DNA from: a virus
Reading direction: 5' to 3' (one strand)
IMG/VR virus record: IMGVR_UViG_3300023174_000056
Location: 96,001-160,000 of that record
Length of the DNA stretch: 64,000 nt
Below the pieces are notes generated by a model. It did no database searches, was not told the DNA's origin, and saw only the letters and a program-made list of their open reading frames with translations. Below are positions 10,714 to 23,900 of the stretch, one piece after another. Numbering within the stretch: position 1 is the stretch's first letter; each line of letters opens with the position of its first letter. The translations under genes and the position numbers were made by a program.

Positions 10714-13700
10714 TTATTGTGTTTTATAGCTTACTATTAATACATTCTCGTTTTGTGTTCCTCTAAAACCTTTTACACCAACACGGTCTAAAACGCTTGG
10801 AACCTTATAAAATCTAGCGTCAGTGTATTGATCTGCTTGATCGCCTAATTCATATCTTATATCAATTTCTTCAAAAATTTTGTCTGGGTTCGTAAATATA
10901 TCTGTCACTTCCCCATCAGATTCGGCTCTTATTGTTAACCAAGCACCTGGTTCTAGTTTTCCTTTAGAATTTTTAAAATAATCAATTTTACTAAAATCCC
11001 CAACATTTGCCAATTGTGACTGTGGCATTGTTGGAACTAAATATAGATAAACTAATGGATCGCCCTTTTTAAACTTAGTACCAAGGAATGGGGCTGTTAT
11101 ATTTCCGTCTTTTTCAAAAGTAAGATATATTGCATTTTCAAATTGTTGTTTAAGCAAACCAAGCATTGATGGAGTGTAACCAGACGAATCTTTTGTTTCG
11201 TCCGCAATTTGTCCGTACTCTGGGACGCCCGTGAAGCTTAAAAAGTTATTTAACTTTACATTCCTTGTTATAGCGGTATTGAGTACTGGTACAAGATATG
11301 GTTTTGAAGGCTCTACTGCATAAAATGTAATACTTGGCTTTTCTACTATTGCCACAATATCAATTGGAGTAGTCTGGTCTACAACTGCACCCTTTGAATG
11401 TGAATAAATAAAATGCTGATTATGTACGGGCACATTACCATAAGTTGGCGAAGTCAAAAATGCCTTATCATTTACATATGGTCTAAGGAAGCATAGATAA
11501 TTGCCGTTTTTTTCATCGTTTGAAAATCTCGTATATACAGGATCTTTTAATATATAAACGCCTTTATGTTTTTTAAAAGAAATTTTCTCAACTTCTCTAA
11601 CAGTTTCGTACATTAATTTAAATTTGCTGGTTTTCCTTAGATTGATAGTAGAAAATTCTGAATTTGCTGGTAAAAACAGCGGACTTTCACCAGAAGAAAA
11701 ATTTTCTTGATTAGAATAATAGCTTAATTTTGCTTCAAAAATTGTCTTAACACTTTTATTTGTCTCATCCCCTATGGTAGTTGAATCGTTTAGAATTCCT
11801 GCTGTTAGCTTATAAAGCACACCAGAATCAATAAAATATAAAAGCTCTGATAAAATAGCTTCTGCTCTGTCTTCTCCATAAAGATTTTTTGTTTTTTCGT
11901 CAATAGCGTTTTGAATAAAAAATTCATCAAATAAGGTGCTTGTAGATATATCGTTAAGCTGTAAAATAGTTAAATCTGATGCTATTTTTTTAAGAGCAGC
12001 AACACCTTTTGTAGAAATAAGGTTCTCTTCTTTTAAGCTGTATAAATAAGCTTCAAATTCTTTTTTACCGTACAAGCTTAATAAGAAATCAACAGAAGCG
12101 TATGCAGAGTATTTAACTTCGTTTGACTGCTTAACGGCTTCTAATTCGTTTATTTTTTGTAGATCAAGCTTATAAAGTTGTTTATTGAAATCTTTGTAAG
12201 TAATATATTTTAAAAATTGATTAAATTTTGTATTCTGTATCTCTGAATCGAGGACACTAGAAAGCCCGTAACTCTTACTTTGGTTTTTATTAAAAAAATC
12301 AAGTCCAAAGCAATTTGTAGTTGTGGCATCTGCGATAAAATTATTGAAAACAACTTCTGTTTTAATTGTTTGTATGAAATTTGGTACAGAATTTAGAGAT
12401 GGGCTAGAAGAATTATATGATGCTGGTAATTCTGATAAACCATTATTTGGATTTATGCTTTTAGTGGATAAAATTTTATTTATATTTTCAAATAATTGTT
12501 CATAAAGTTTTAAAAATCCTTCTACACCTTCTGGATTACCTGTTTCTGGCTTTATTCCATAATAAATACTTGAGGCTAAACGTTCAATATGCTCTTGTAA
12601 ATCTATTTTATCTTTTTTAATTTTATCAGTATCTAGAAAAATTACATAAGTTCTTAAAAATCCAAGAATATTTTTAACTGCTTCTTCGCTAGAAAATATA
12701 TCTTGCAAGCCACTAGAAAAACGGTTTTCCGAAGCTATGTAAAAGCCCTCTTTTAAGTTTGCTAGATTTGTTTCTTTAAAAATATATTCACTTGCAACAT
12801 CAATATGTGGGTTTTCATCATATACATTTTCTGCTTGCAAATAAGGAATTGATGATATTTTTTGGTAAGCTTTTAAATAATTGTAACTTTTTAATAAGTA
12901 ATCATTTATTTTTTGTAAAATAGCATATGCAGGATCTACTATTTCTATTGAAAATTTGTACTTATATCTACCATTTGTAATATTTTTGAATGTTGTATCC
13001 ATTCCACTGAAAAATACAAGCTCGGGAGCATTATTTATAATGCTTGCGTGCAATTGATTATAATTTACTTCTTTTGCCGTAACTCCCTCTAAAATTACTT
13101 TTTCTTCATAATCGCCATATTTGTTTGGAACTTCATTTATTCTAGATAATTTTGCATTTAGGATAAAGCTAGAATTTGTTATGCTTGTATTATTAACAGT
13201 TGCTAGTTCGGCTAACTTACCAATTATTGAATTTTCTTTTAAAAATCTTTTTATATCAAAAAAGAATCCAAATTTAACAACATTTGAAACTTCTTGGTCT
13301 GCAATTTCATAGTATTCTACTTCTTTGCTTTTCTTACGTCTCTTTAATAATAAATTTTCATTGTCGTATGCAGCAAAAAAATCAGAAAAATAATCTAAAT
13401 TTGCTTTTTTTGTTTCTGATAAATTTGAATCATAAATATATTCTGGGATGTTTGTTAAAATTGTTGTATCGACTACGGTATTTGCAATGTCTCTTTCAAT
13501 TTTTCTATTGTTTATAATTCTTTGTATTTCTGGGGTGCCTACAAAATACTCCTCTGTGCCCAAAGAATTATTTAGATCTAAACCGTATTCTTTACAAATT
13601 TCTAAAGAATCGTAATACGATAAAAATACTACAGACAAATGTAAAATATCTTCAATTTTTTCTTTGTAGATATTATTTTCAAATTCAATTACAAATTTAG

Positions 13701-14103
13701 TTAAGTTAGCCTTTTTATCTTCAATCACTTTTTTAAAGTTTTGAAAAGAAAACGTATGTGTTCTATAGTTTTCTAATGCCACTGCCGATAAAGGGTCTTC
13801 AGATAATCTTTTTGCCTCTTGTTCATCTAAACAAATAATTGTTTTAAATTTTAAAAATTTATTTAAAATTTCATTGTTGAACCATGTTCCGCTATTTTGT
13901 ATTTTTTTATAATTGTCAAATAAGTGGAATTTGAATTTAAAATTTAATATGTTTTTGGGGTTTGATGAACCTTTTACTGGTTTTATTAAAGATTCAACCT
14001 CAAAAGAAACATCATTTACTTTTTTTGAAATAACACAGCTATCATAAGTTAACTGTGGAACAGTAGCGGTTGATATTTCGTTTATTAAACTTGTCATTAA
14101 CAA
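10714..14103 (-). CDS. Large hypothetical protein, probably virion-associated
   Basis: 1129-aa ORF in the structural module. The likely start is the ATG at 14097, overlapping the upstream stop. Confidence 0.5.
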   Translation of the reverse strand: MLMTSLINEISTATVPQLTYDSCVISKKVNDVSFEVESLIKPVKGSSNPKNILNFKFKFHLFDNYKKIQNSGTWFNNEILNKFLKFKTIICLDEQEAKRLSEDPLSAVALENYRTHTFSFQNFKKVIEDKKANLTKFVIEFENNIYKEKIEDILHLSVVFLSYYDSLEICKEYGLDLNNSLGTEEYFVGTPEIQRIINNRKIERDIANTVVDTTILTNIPEYIYDSNLSETKKANLDYFSDFFAAYDNENLLLKRRKKSKEVEYYEIADQEVSNVVKFGFFFDIKRFLKENSIIGKLAELATVNNTSITNSSFILNAKLSRINEVPNKYGDYEEKVILEGVTAKEVNYNQLHASIINNAPELVFFSGMDTTFKNITNGRYKYKFSIEIVDPAYAILQKINDYLLKSYNYLKAYQKISSIPYLQAENVYDENPHIDVASEYIFKETNLANLKEGFYIASENRFSSGLQDIFSSEEAVKNILGFLRTYVIFLDTDKIKKDKIDLQEHIERLASSIYYGIKPETGNPEGVEGFLKLYEQLFENINKILSTKSINPNNGLSELPASYNSSSPSLNSVPNFIQTIKTEVVFNNFIADATTTNCFGLDFFNKNQSKSYGLSSVLDSEIQNTKFNQFLKYITYKDFNKQLYKLDLQKINELEAVKQSNEVKYSAYASVDFLLSLYGKKEFEAYLYSLKEENLISTKGVAALKKIASDLTILQLNDISTSTLFDEFFIQNAIDEKTKNLYGEDRAEAILSELLYFIDSGVLYKLTAGILNDSTTIGDETNKSVKTIFEAKLSYYSNQENFSSGESPLFLPANSEFSTINLRKTSKFKLMYETVREVEKISFKKHKGVYILKDPVYTRFSNDEKNGNYLCFLRPYVNDKAFLTSPTYGNVPVHNQHFIYSHSKGAVVDQTTPIDIVAIVEKPSITFYAVEPSKPYLVPVLNTAITRNVKLNNFLSFTGVPEYGQIADETKDSSGYTPSMLGLLKQQFENAIYLTFEKDGNITAPFLGTKFKKGDPLVYLYLVPTMPQSQLANVGDFSKIDYFKNSKGKLEPGAWLTIRAESDGEVTDIFTNPDKIFEEIDIRYELGDQADQYTDARFYKVPSVLDRVGVKGFRGTQNENVLIVSYKTQ

Positions 14104-14951
14104 TCCTCACCAAATGGTGGTTTAACTGTTTTTGTAGGTATAGATGAAATTTCTTTTGATAACTCTTCAAGGCTTATTTCATCATCTACTAAAATGTTAA
14201 AATAATTATCAGCAAGTGTTAAATTTTCATCAATTCTTTCTTCCGGTACTTCACTTTCATCTAATAAGATATTATTAACAACATACTCTTTTGGTTTCCT
14301 GAACTTTATTTGTTCTAAAAATTCTTCATTATTCTGATCTTCTTTTACTTCATAAAGCTCCATATCAAATGATTCTTTTTCAAAATCAACATTAAGCTCG
14401 GAAATGTCTAGTAAAACATACGTATTTTCTATTCTCAAAGCAGACTTATCATTAAAAAAGATGTCTGTACCCTTTTTTTCTTCTTCTGGTTTTATTGTTT
14501 TCACCTCATATTGAACTTTTTTTAAGTTAATTTGAGGAATATCTAAATCATTATTATTTTTAGTATATTTTTGCTCAAAACTCTCCGCTTCGCCACTTAA
14601 GATATTAATCTTCCACGCTGGTTTATAATCTTTATTCAGAGAAGAGTTACCCAATAAATTATTAATAAGACCACTATCCGATTTTTGGTCTAACGGAGAA
14701 ATTTTTTTATTTGTATTATCTACAGAAGTAAATCTTGTTTGAGGTTTAACATATAAACTTTCTTCAAGAATTCTCAAAGAAGACGAAAGCTGTATCTCAT
14801 CGTTAGACTCAGCGTATTTTATATCATAAATAATATCATCATCATGAAAAGTATAATAAGCTGGCTTAAATTTGCCTTCTAGGAGAAGCTTTTTTCCATA
14901 AGGTGTTAATTCTATATTGATTACTTCTTCCTTGCTATCAAAAAAAGACAT
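14097..14951 (-). CDS. Virion structural protein (N-terminus paralogous to 7146..8072)
   Basis: IELTPYGKKLL..GKFKPAYYTFHDDDIIYD motif; GAGGA RBS. Confidence 0.55.
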   Translation of the reverse strand: MSFFDSKEEVINIELTPYGKKLLLEGKFKPAYYTFHDDDIIYDIKYAESNDEIQLSSSLRILEESLYVKPQTRFTSVDNTNKKISPLDQKSDSGLINNLLGNSSLNKDYKPAWKINILSGEAESFEQKYTKNNNDLDIPQINLKKVQYEVKTIKPEEEKKGTDIFFNDKSALRIENTYVLLDISELNVDFEKESFDMELYEVKEDQNNEEFLEQIKFRKPKEYVVNNILLDESEVPEERIDENLTLADNYFNILVDDEISLEELSKEISSIPTKTVKPPFGEDC

Positions 14952-14962
14952 ATTTTATCCTC

Positions 14963-17900
14963 TTATTTTTTTATTTTTCTTGAAAATGACGCTTTTATGT
15001 TTTTTACTGCTGCTTGAGCTGTTGATGAATTTATTGTTTTTAATGCACTATTTTGTTGGTTTATTAATTGACTTGTAGTTGCGGTTACATTCAAATTAGT
15101 AGCATTTATATTTTGAATTTGCGCTTGTGCAACAGGGGTAAGCGAATTTACATTAATTGCTTGCAATGAAGAAGTCGGAGATCCGTTTAATGCTGACACC
15201 GTATTTATCTGTGGAACAAATTGAGTCTGAACAAGCGTTGGATTTGCTATCGTTGTCGTTAATTGCGTTGTTCCAATATTTGTATTATTTGTTTCTTGTG
15301 CATTTGTTACTACTGGTGTTGAAGTGTCTGCGTTGGAAGTTACTCTTCTTTGCGTTACAAATGTTTCTCCTGCCGTTTTTGATTTCAAATTAATATCTGT
15401 TTTACCATTTTTTAATTCTACTGTGGCATTAGCCATCTCAATAACAGAACAAAAATCGTAAGGCCAGTTATAAGAATATTCTGGTACTGCTTCTGATGAG
15501 GTAAACTTAAACTTAAAACGCTTTAGCGCCGACTCTTTTGAGTCTTCGACTAATTCATAGTAATTTACATTTGCTTTTTGTTTAATTTTGAAAACTTTAA
15601 ATTTAACATCTTTTGGCAATCTTTTACCGTGGAATAATTCATCCGAATTAAATGGATGTGAGATATTCTTGTTTTCTATATGTGATTCCATAGATTTTGA
15701 TGGCATGACACCTTGCCAGATATCAGATAAATCTGTATAATTACTGTCTTGCTGTAATTCTATATCAAATGGAATAACATACATTACGAAAGGATCAATA
15801 TTTTTGTTTCTTAACCAATCTAGATGAGGTGGCAAAACGAATCTTGTCATTTGTCTAACGGTATCTACTATGCTTGTATTTTTTAAAGAACTATTATTGT
15901 CAATAATTGTTTTTATTTCTTCAAAAGATATTTTTGATTCCTTACCAAAAGAAACCCCAAATGTTTCTTTTAGGATATCTCTATTGATCTTGAAATAATA
16001 TGGTCCTCTTCCTCTTTGATTTGGTTTTAAAATATTGTTTTCACCAAGAATCTCTGGTAATGTTTCTGCAAATTCTTGATTTATTTTTTTCTTTCCATCG
16101 ACATGGTTTTTATTATATGTGTATGGAATCAAAACCAAAGCTTCGCTGACAGTTTTTTCGGATCCTAGAACACCTAAAGTTGGCTTAACGTCAGTTTTAA
16201 ATCCACACATTTGAATTAAAGAACCAGTGTTAGGACCAGTTGGTGATTCTTGCAAATATAGTTTTATACCGCTGCCTTCTTGAACAGGGGAGCCATAAGT
16301 TGTCCAAATTCCTTTAAATAAGTTCTTATAAACGCCCTTAACAGTTCCTGGAATGCTTTTATCACCATCAATAAATTGTAGACCGATGTTATCTGTTAAA
16401 TCTGCATCATTAAAATTAATGCTTGGTGTTTCAAATTTTGTTTGAATTACCCATTTAAATTTTGGAACAAAAGATTTAGTGCCTTTATCTGCTTTTGAAG
16501 TTGCAACATCCACAGATAAATCTAGGTCTTCTGACTTTAATGTCAAATTGATGCTTGATGACAAGTTCATCATTGACTTATATGCTGGAGAATTTTTATA
16601 ATTATCCGCATACGAACTTGAAAAATCATTCAATAGGAAGTTTGATCTTTGCTTGAATAATGCTTCGGCCTCTGAGTTTAGGAATTCAATATTAATAGAA
16701 TCTTGAATTTCCTGTAGGCTGTAGGCTCTTGTTTTTGTATCGCTAGCTAAGAATGAAATTCTTGCAATTGCTTTTCCATAATAATATGGAGGTACATAAG
16801 GAGCATACGAAGGAGTATCTAGTAATTTAGAGTACAAATTATATGGGCCTTTTTGGTATAATAGGCTAGCAGAACCGGCGCTATCCCAGTATCTAACTGG
16901 AGGTCCGTATAATGAATCGGGTGAAGGAATCATAAATGTTCCTTCGCTATGCTTCGCTGGGTCGCTCTTTAGATTCTCGTAGTATGGATCTGTTATAAAT
17001 TCTTTGTAAGCTCCGTCTTTCTCAAGAACAACGTCCATGTAATAACGTGTGCCAGGAATTGCAGCAGCAAACTCGTTTTCTGGCTTGGAAGTTATTGATG
17101 TTAATTTACCTTTAAGGAAGAAATTAGGAATTTCTGCCAAGAAGTTATGCATAGCTAATTTATAGTTTGCATCCAAGAATGTAAATGACTTCAAAGAGCC
17201 AGTACCCATATTGTATGAAGGGTATGCAATATTATTAAAATCAGAACCTGTAATTGTATCTGTTGTATAATGTGTTGGGTTTAAGTAGTACAGATTATTT
17301 GCAGATACTTTTAAGTCATCTGGTATCTTTGTATCAAAATCAATTAAAGCTTCAAATGGTAATCTATAGTTTGGATTTAAATCAATGTAATTTGAAGCAG
17401 TGTAGTTTCTTTGAATATTATTAATGTAATCAAATAGATAATTTGTTGTTAGAGAACTTCCTGTGTTACCGTAAAATACGGGTGGCGTTCTTGAATCATA
17501 GCTAACACTTGATGTAATAAATACAGGGAAATCCACAGCAACTGATGATTTAATAGTATTTAAAAGAATACCTGGCGCAAATAGTGGCTGTAATAAAGCC
17601 AAAACTTGTTGATTTAGTGGCGTTCCATTTGAAAGTGCTGAGTAATATACCTCTTTTGGATTTTTACTTGAAACAAGAGTTCTTTTTAAAGGTAAAAATG
17701 AATTTATGAAATAGCTGCTTAATTGTTCTATTCTTTCACTTGGATAAAATCCTTTATATGGTAACAATTTTTTAATAGCAGAAATATTAATTGTTAATTT
17801 AAAATCATTATCTATGGGTAGACTTTCATCATACAAGAATGTTGTATCAAAGTTTTGCGAAATATTTGTAGAGCTGCTAAGATTATTAAATGAAGATTCC

Positions 17901-20900
17901 TGTAAAGCGCCTTGTAGGGTTAAATAATCGCTTGTTAAAATTGAATTAAAATTACCATTAACTTTTTTAACATAACTTTCCACAAAATTGCTAATTTTAT
18001 ACTCTGGTACTATAGAATACTTTTGAGAGTGTGGTTTAATGTCTTCTATAAATTTTGTATAAGAATCATAAAATGCGCCACGGCCTGCCTTTTGGTCTGT
18101 TTCATAAACATATCCTTGGTTTAAAACAAAGATTGAATTATTGCTAGAAGAATAAACCGTTGTGGTCAAATCTGTATTTGTTGCGTATGTGTTCTCGGCA
18201 ATTTTTAAATTTGAATTTGCATTTGGTGGTATAAAGTTATTAAAAATTAATTGAGGTTTTGGCATAACAATATCTACTGAAGCCGAATATGCTTCAAATT
18301 GATATTTAAAATCTTTTGTTTTAATAGTTGGACCCGATCTTGTGCCAGCAAAACGTCCACCAATAAAAATTTTATTTCCATCAGATACCAAGCTATAAAT
18401 TTCATCATCAGTTGTAAGATTAAAACCATTTCTAATACCGTTCGTACCAACTTGATTCCAATTTGTACCATCCCAGCAAGCTATATTATTTAAAATTGTG
18501 CCATCTGATGCAGAAGTGAAATTTCCAGCGGCATAAATTTTATTGTTTAAAGCTGTGAAAGACCAAATAAGCCCATTTAAAGTTTTAGAAATATCACTCC
18601 AACTTGTTCCATTCCATTTTTTAATAAATGGAGAAGTTACAGCATTACCAGCGTTACCAATAGTGTAGCCATCAGCACCATATACGTATAAACCATCAGA
18701 TGCGGACGCCATAGTAATTACTGTATTGTTTGGCCTTGATGGCGAAGACCCTCCGACTGAGTTCCACTTTACTCCATCCCACCTTGCAATGTTTGCAGTG
18801 TCGCTAATTCCCGTATCGGTAAATCCACCTCCGACATAAATGCCTTCGGAAGATGAAAGCATACAAAATACGCCACTTCCTAAACCGAACGATCCTGTTC
18901 CGAGAGAATTCCAACTTGTCCCATCCCATCTTGCAATACCATCAGCAGCTGCGATTCCCGCAGCATTAGTGAATTTGCCACCGACATAGATTCCTTCAGA
19001 CGCCGAAATTATAGATGAAATTTGATTATTGAAAGAATTCGTAGGTCCAACAATCTGGAAGGAACCACTACTTTTACATAAAACTAAGTTTTTGGCACCA
19101 GAGACACCGCCCCCATTAGTAAATTTACCACCAACATAAACACCAGCGGAGCTAGAGCATAAAGCAAATACAGAATCTCCAAACGTTGATGGAGTAATAT
19201 TTCCTATTGTAACCCAATCATTTTCTTTAGTCCATTTTTTTAGAAAACCTGTTAGGTTACCTATGCTGTTATAATCATTAACAGCCCTTAAACCTGCATA
19301 TACACCGTCAGAGCCGCTTACTAAGCATAAAATATCTCTATCTAAATTGTTTGTATAATCCTGGGTTGTTCCGTATAGAGAATATATATTTCCATTACCA
19401 TATTGGTTTGTATCTAGAATTGCTACATTTTTTATTGGATAGTAAATTTGTTCTAGATCAAAATATTTTTCTAGCAGTATGTCTTTGTTTGAAAGATAGC
19501 CAGAAGTATTTTTTTCATAAAAGATTTTCTGTAATTTATCTGGTACGAATTGTGTAACACTTCCACCAAAAATTATCCCAGACGAACCAGATGTAATTGT
19601 ATTTATTACAGAATAAGAATTTAATGGTAAATATATACTGCCACCAATCGTTCCCCAGCTTGCTCCATCCCATTTTGCTAATCCAATATTTTTATAAGAA
19701 GTATTACCAAAATTTCCAACTTTAGAAAATAACCCACCAATATATACACCATCGGAAGAAGAAAACAGAGAATTTATTCCAGAATTTACAAATGTTGCAG
19801 ATTTGTCTAGAGCATTGTAGGTAACTGTTGATAAAACAGAACCAAAACCTTTCCATTTTGATAAAATAGTATCCCATTTAGCAACGTTAGATACGCTATC
19901 GCTACCAGTTAAAGGAGAAGCTATAGAAAAACTACCGCCGACATAAATACCGTCAGAGCCGGATGAGATTGAAGCAACACGGTCATAATAAGAATTGCCT
20001 CCAACTCCATCACCAATAGTATTTCCAAACGCCGTCCAATTAGTGCCATTCCACACTGCTATATTTTTTGCATTTAGGTTGTTTGAAGCTGCAATAGCAA
20101 AAGCCCCTCCAACATAAAGACCATATGAAGAACTAGCCAAAGAAAATACTGTCGCAGAACTATACAATGAAGACCAGTCAGGGTCTGCGAGTGGTGGCGA
20201 GCCAGGAGAACCAGTGCCAACATTAGTCCAAGTTGAGCCATTCCATAGTGCTATTGTATCGGCATTAGAGACACCGCCAGCGTCTGTAAATACTCCTCCA
20301 ACATAAAGACCTTGAGAAGAGCTGACCATAGAATAAACAATAGTTTTAGAACCATTTGGAGAAAGTGGGGCGCTCCCAGCTGAAGACCCTGTTCCTAAAC
20401 TAACCCAATCTGTTCCATCCCATTTTATAATTGCATTTTTTGATGTAGTAGAATCCAAATTACTAAACTTGCCACCAACGTATAAACCGTCAGCGCCAGA
20501 CACTATTGAATAAACTACGGCATCAGTGACGTTTATTCCATTTTTGAATGTAGTAACTCTTTGTCCATCCCATTTAAGAATACAATTTGCTTTAGAATTA
20601 CCGCCAGCATTTGTAAAATCGCCGCCTATATAAATACCATCAGAAGTAGACAAAGAAGTATTTATATTACTTGCGAATATACCAGTATAAGCTCCAAAGT
20701 TTGTAACAATATTTGTATCCTTATTAAAAGAAAAAATATTATTTACTGGTAACTTAATATTATCAATATTATTTTGTAAAGAATAAGATTCACTATACTG
20801 CAAGTCTTGAGCAAAAATAGAATTTTTTAGTTTATTATTAGGATCAAAAATAAAATTATCGTAAGACCCATAGGAAGAAAATAATTTTGAGCCAATAGTA

Positions 20901-23900
20901 TTATATGAACTTGTAGCAAATCCAAACATATCAACAGTCGATGAAGGTCTTTCACGGTCTACGGCAGAATCCCTCCAGAATGTTTTTGTTTTTACTATGC
21001 TGTCTGTACTACCATTATCTTCATAATTTGGCTTTGTTCTAATGTCGCCTAAACCAATTTTATCTTTTCTTGGGAAAACAAGCTCAGAATAAGCAATACC
21101 AGCCGCCACAGGTTCGTCTATATCTTGTACTTTTGAGGTCAATAGATTATAAATCTTCTTATAGGAAGTTTTATTTCTATCTGGCTGCACTGGTGCAATT
21201 TCATTTTTTAATAATTGATTGGCAATTGTGTCTAAAACGTTTGAATATTCTGTTCTTAAAATTGTGTATACATCATTAATTTTTGTTAATTCTGTATTTA
21301 ATGTTACTCCAAATGTAATTGGTAAATTCCACTCTACAGGTGGTTCAATATAAGGCTTTGTTATGGATTTTACTTCTAATTTTGAAGGCTTTGTTAAGGG
21401 AGGAGACACAGAATCTGCGGCATAGGTTCTTGTTTCCGTTACAAAGTTTGAAGTATTTTTTTGAATAATAAACTTATTATTTTTAAATAATAAATTGGCA
21501 AGTTTATTATTATCTTTTTGTCTTATTTGCTTCCAAGAAGTATATCCAAAAGGTCCATCTTTTTTTAATAAATATTTATGTAAACTTCCGTTCTCATTAA
21601 AAGAAATAGTTGAAGTATCTTGGTTGACAGATGTTGTAATATTTGAATTATTTAAACCAACAAAGTCAATAACTTCGCCAGATTCTGTAGATGCAGATAA
21701 AACAGCAAGTGTACCAATATCAGTATTTGGATATATCGATGAGTAGGGACCACTTGAAGTTATTAAGTTTGTAGCAGACGCTGATATCCAAGCATAACCA
21801 TAATCACTTCTTGGAATTTGATGCGATACGAAGCCGTTATCATACTCATTGCTATTTGCTGTTTTTAAATGATTTTTATTAATCTTATGAAACGATGGGT
21901 TGTTTGAATCTATTGAAGCCGTTTCTCTCATCCAATCGTTTAAAGCTTTTCTTACTAATGGATTTCTATAATTAACTGTATTGTAAACCGAAAATGTTTC
22001 TGACTCTCTATCTAAAGCACCTCTTGATAGCGACTCAGGACCACCTGGGGCTGAGAACCGATTGACCATTATTCCTTCGTATTTCTTACGGGTTGGTAAT
22101 GGATAATCATAAGCGCCACTAATAAATGCGCTTGCAGTAGCAGAAGATAGAACACCTTCTACATCGACTAAATGTTTGTTATTGATTTCTCTACCAGCTG
22201 CTTGAACTATATTATATTGTTTAGAATAGTTTGCTCTTGGTTGGTTAAATAGGGAAGTTCTAGCAGATCCAGAGTCTGCAAACAAAGGTCTTAGTTCTAC
22301 TGAATTTGTTAAACTATTAAGCACATTTACAACTGCAAATGTTTCGATGCCATCAACCAAAGAGTAAGGCTTATCAGCTGCTAAATCATATAATCTTGCC
22401 AAGCGTCTATCATAATATGCAGTTTTTTCATAAACTGTGCTTGTGGCAGCATTATAAGATTTGTATTTTTTCTTATTTGTTTCATTTACAATCGAATCTA
22501 ATAATTTTTGCTTATCAGCATCTGCATCGCCTGATGAAACTATTACTGGCGAGTTAATTCGTTCGGCTCTTTCTTTCAGCCATAACGCACTATCTTCCTG
22601 CGAGAAGCTTGTTAAATCTTCTGGTGCATGGCCTTTCTTCCAATTATATTTTAACTCTTTAATGCCTTTTGCTTGTGCATAATCTACCGTAGTCTTTTTT
22701 ACTTGTGGAAGCTTATAATCGTATTTTGGTCTTTCCAATACGTGGCTTTCAATCATATTTCTAATATTTTGTGAAAATTCAGAACCAGCTGGTGCTAATT
22801 GATATAACATTTCTCCAATAGCTGAATCTATCCATTTATAGAATTCAATATATTTCTCTACAGATGGTTCATTTTCTACTTTTTCAAAAAACTTTCTTCT
22901 TAGGGCGTTTAAGTCTCTATACTCTTGGCGATATTTATTTATTGGATCGCCAATAAGATTATTAAAATCAACAATACCAGCAAACATATTTAACATTTCT
23001 TCTGATATTGTTTGGTACATACTTTTTTCAAAAGCCCAAAACAAACTAACTGGTTTAGTATCTTTTGTAAAAGCGTAGTCCGAATCGCCATAGATATTAA
23101 TTGTGTCTGATGTGTACAGATTCTCTGGGACTGTTTGCTTTGAGGCCAAAGTATAGTGTTTTTTAACTATATCTTTTGAATTTGCCAGAGTTTCTGATGC
23201 TTTGGCTGCATAAGTTTTTTCTACGTTGTAAGAAAATAAGCTGTCAAGACCACTTACAGCCCCTTTGGTATCCTTGACTAAAACTTCACCATTGCTATCG
23301 CTTGATGTTACTTCATCAAAATCCCAGTTAAAAGCTAAAAGATTTATTCTTTCGATCTTTTCATCTAAATTTTCATATGGTTTTGCAATAGGATTTTTTA
23401 CACCAAAATTAGCAGAATCTTTCGCATGTTCTTGAATTTCTTCGTTAGATAGATAATCATACCAGAATCTGGCGTTTGACACTAAGATATCTGTATAATT
23501 CAACACAGAGCCAGTAAAATTGTTTTTTCTAGCGCCTACATAAAATTTCTTAAAATCACCATGAATGTTTTGAACCTGCTCAAGAGTCAATGCAGAGCTT
23601 GTTACTGTGAATTCATTTTTTATATTACCTTCTACTGTGTTTACGCCATAAAATTCTAGATAATAATCTTTCCCAACGGGTAGGGTATTAAAAGCATTAA
23701 TATCATAATTTAACTTGTCTAAGTTATCATATGGAGTTTTTAGTCTAACCGCAAAATTCCATTTTTCTCCCTCGTAAATATCAGAAAAATATTGGCTTCT
23801 TAGATTATTATCAGCGGTAGCAATACAATTAAATTTAAAATATCCGCCCCTATCGTCCTTTTTATTTTTAACTAAAAATGTTTCAAAGTTATAGTGCGAA

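Noticed and set aside
18345-20660. Diversity-generating retroelement or invertible cassette acting on the propeller repeats
   Set aside because: The repeats are diverged protein-level blades. No near-identical TR/VR pair, reverse transcriptase or invertase is present in the window.
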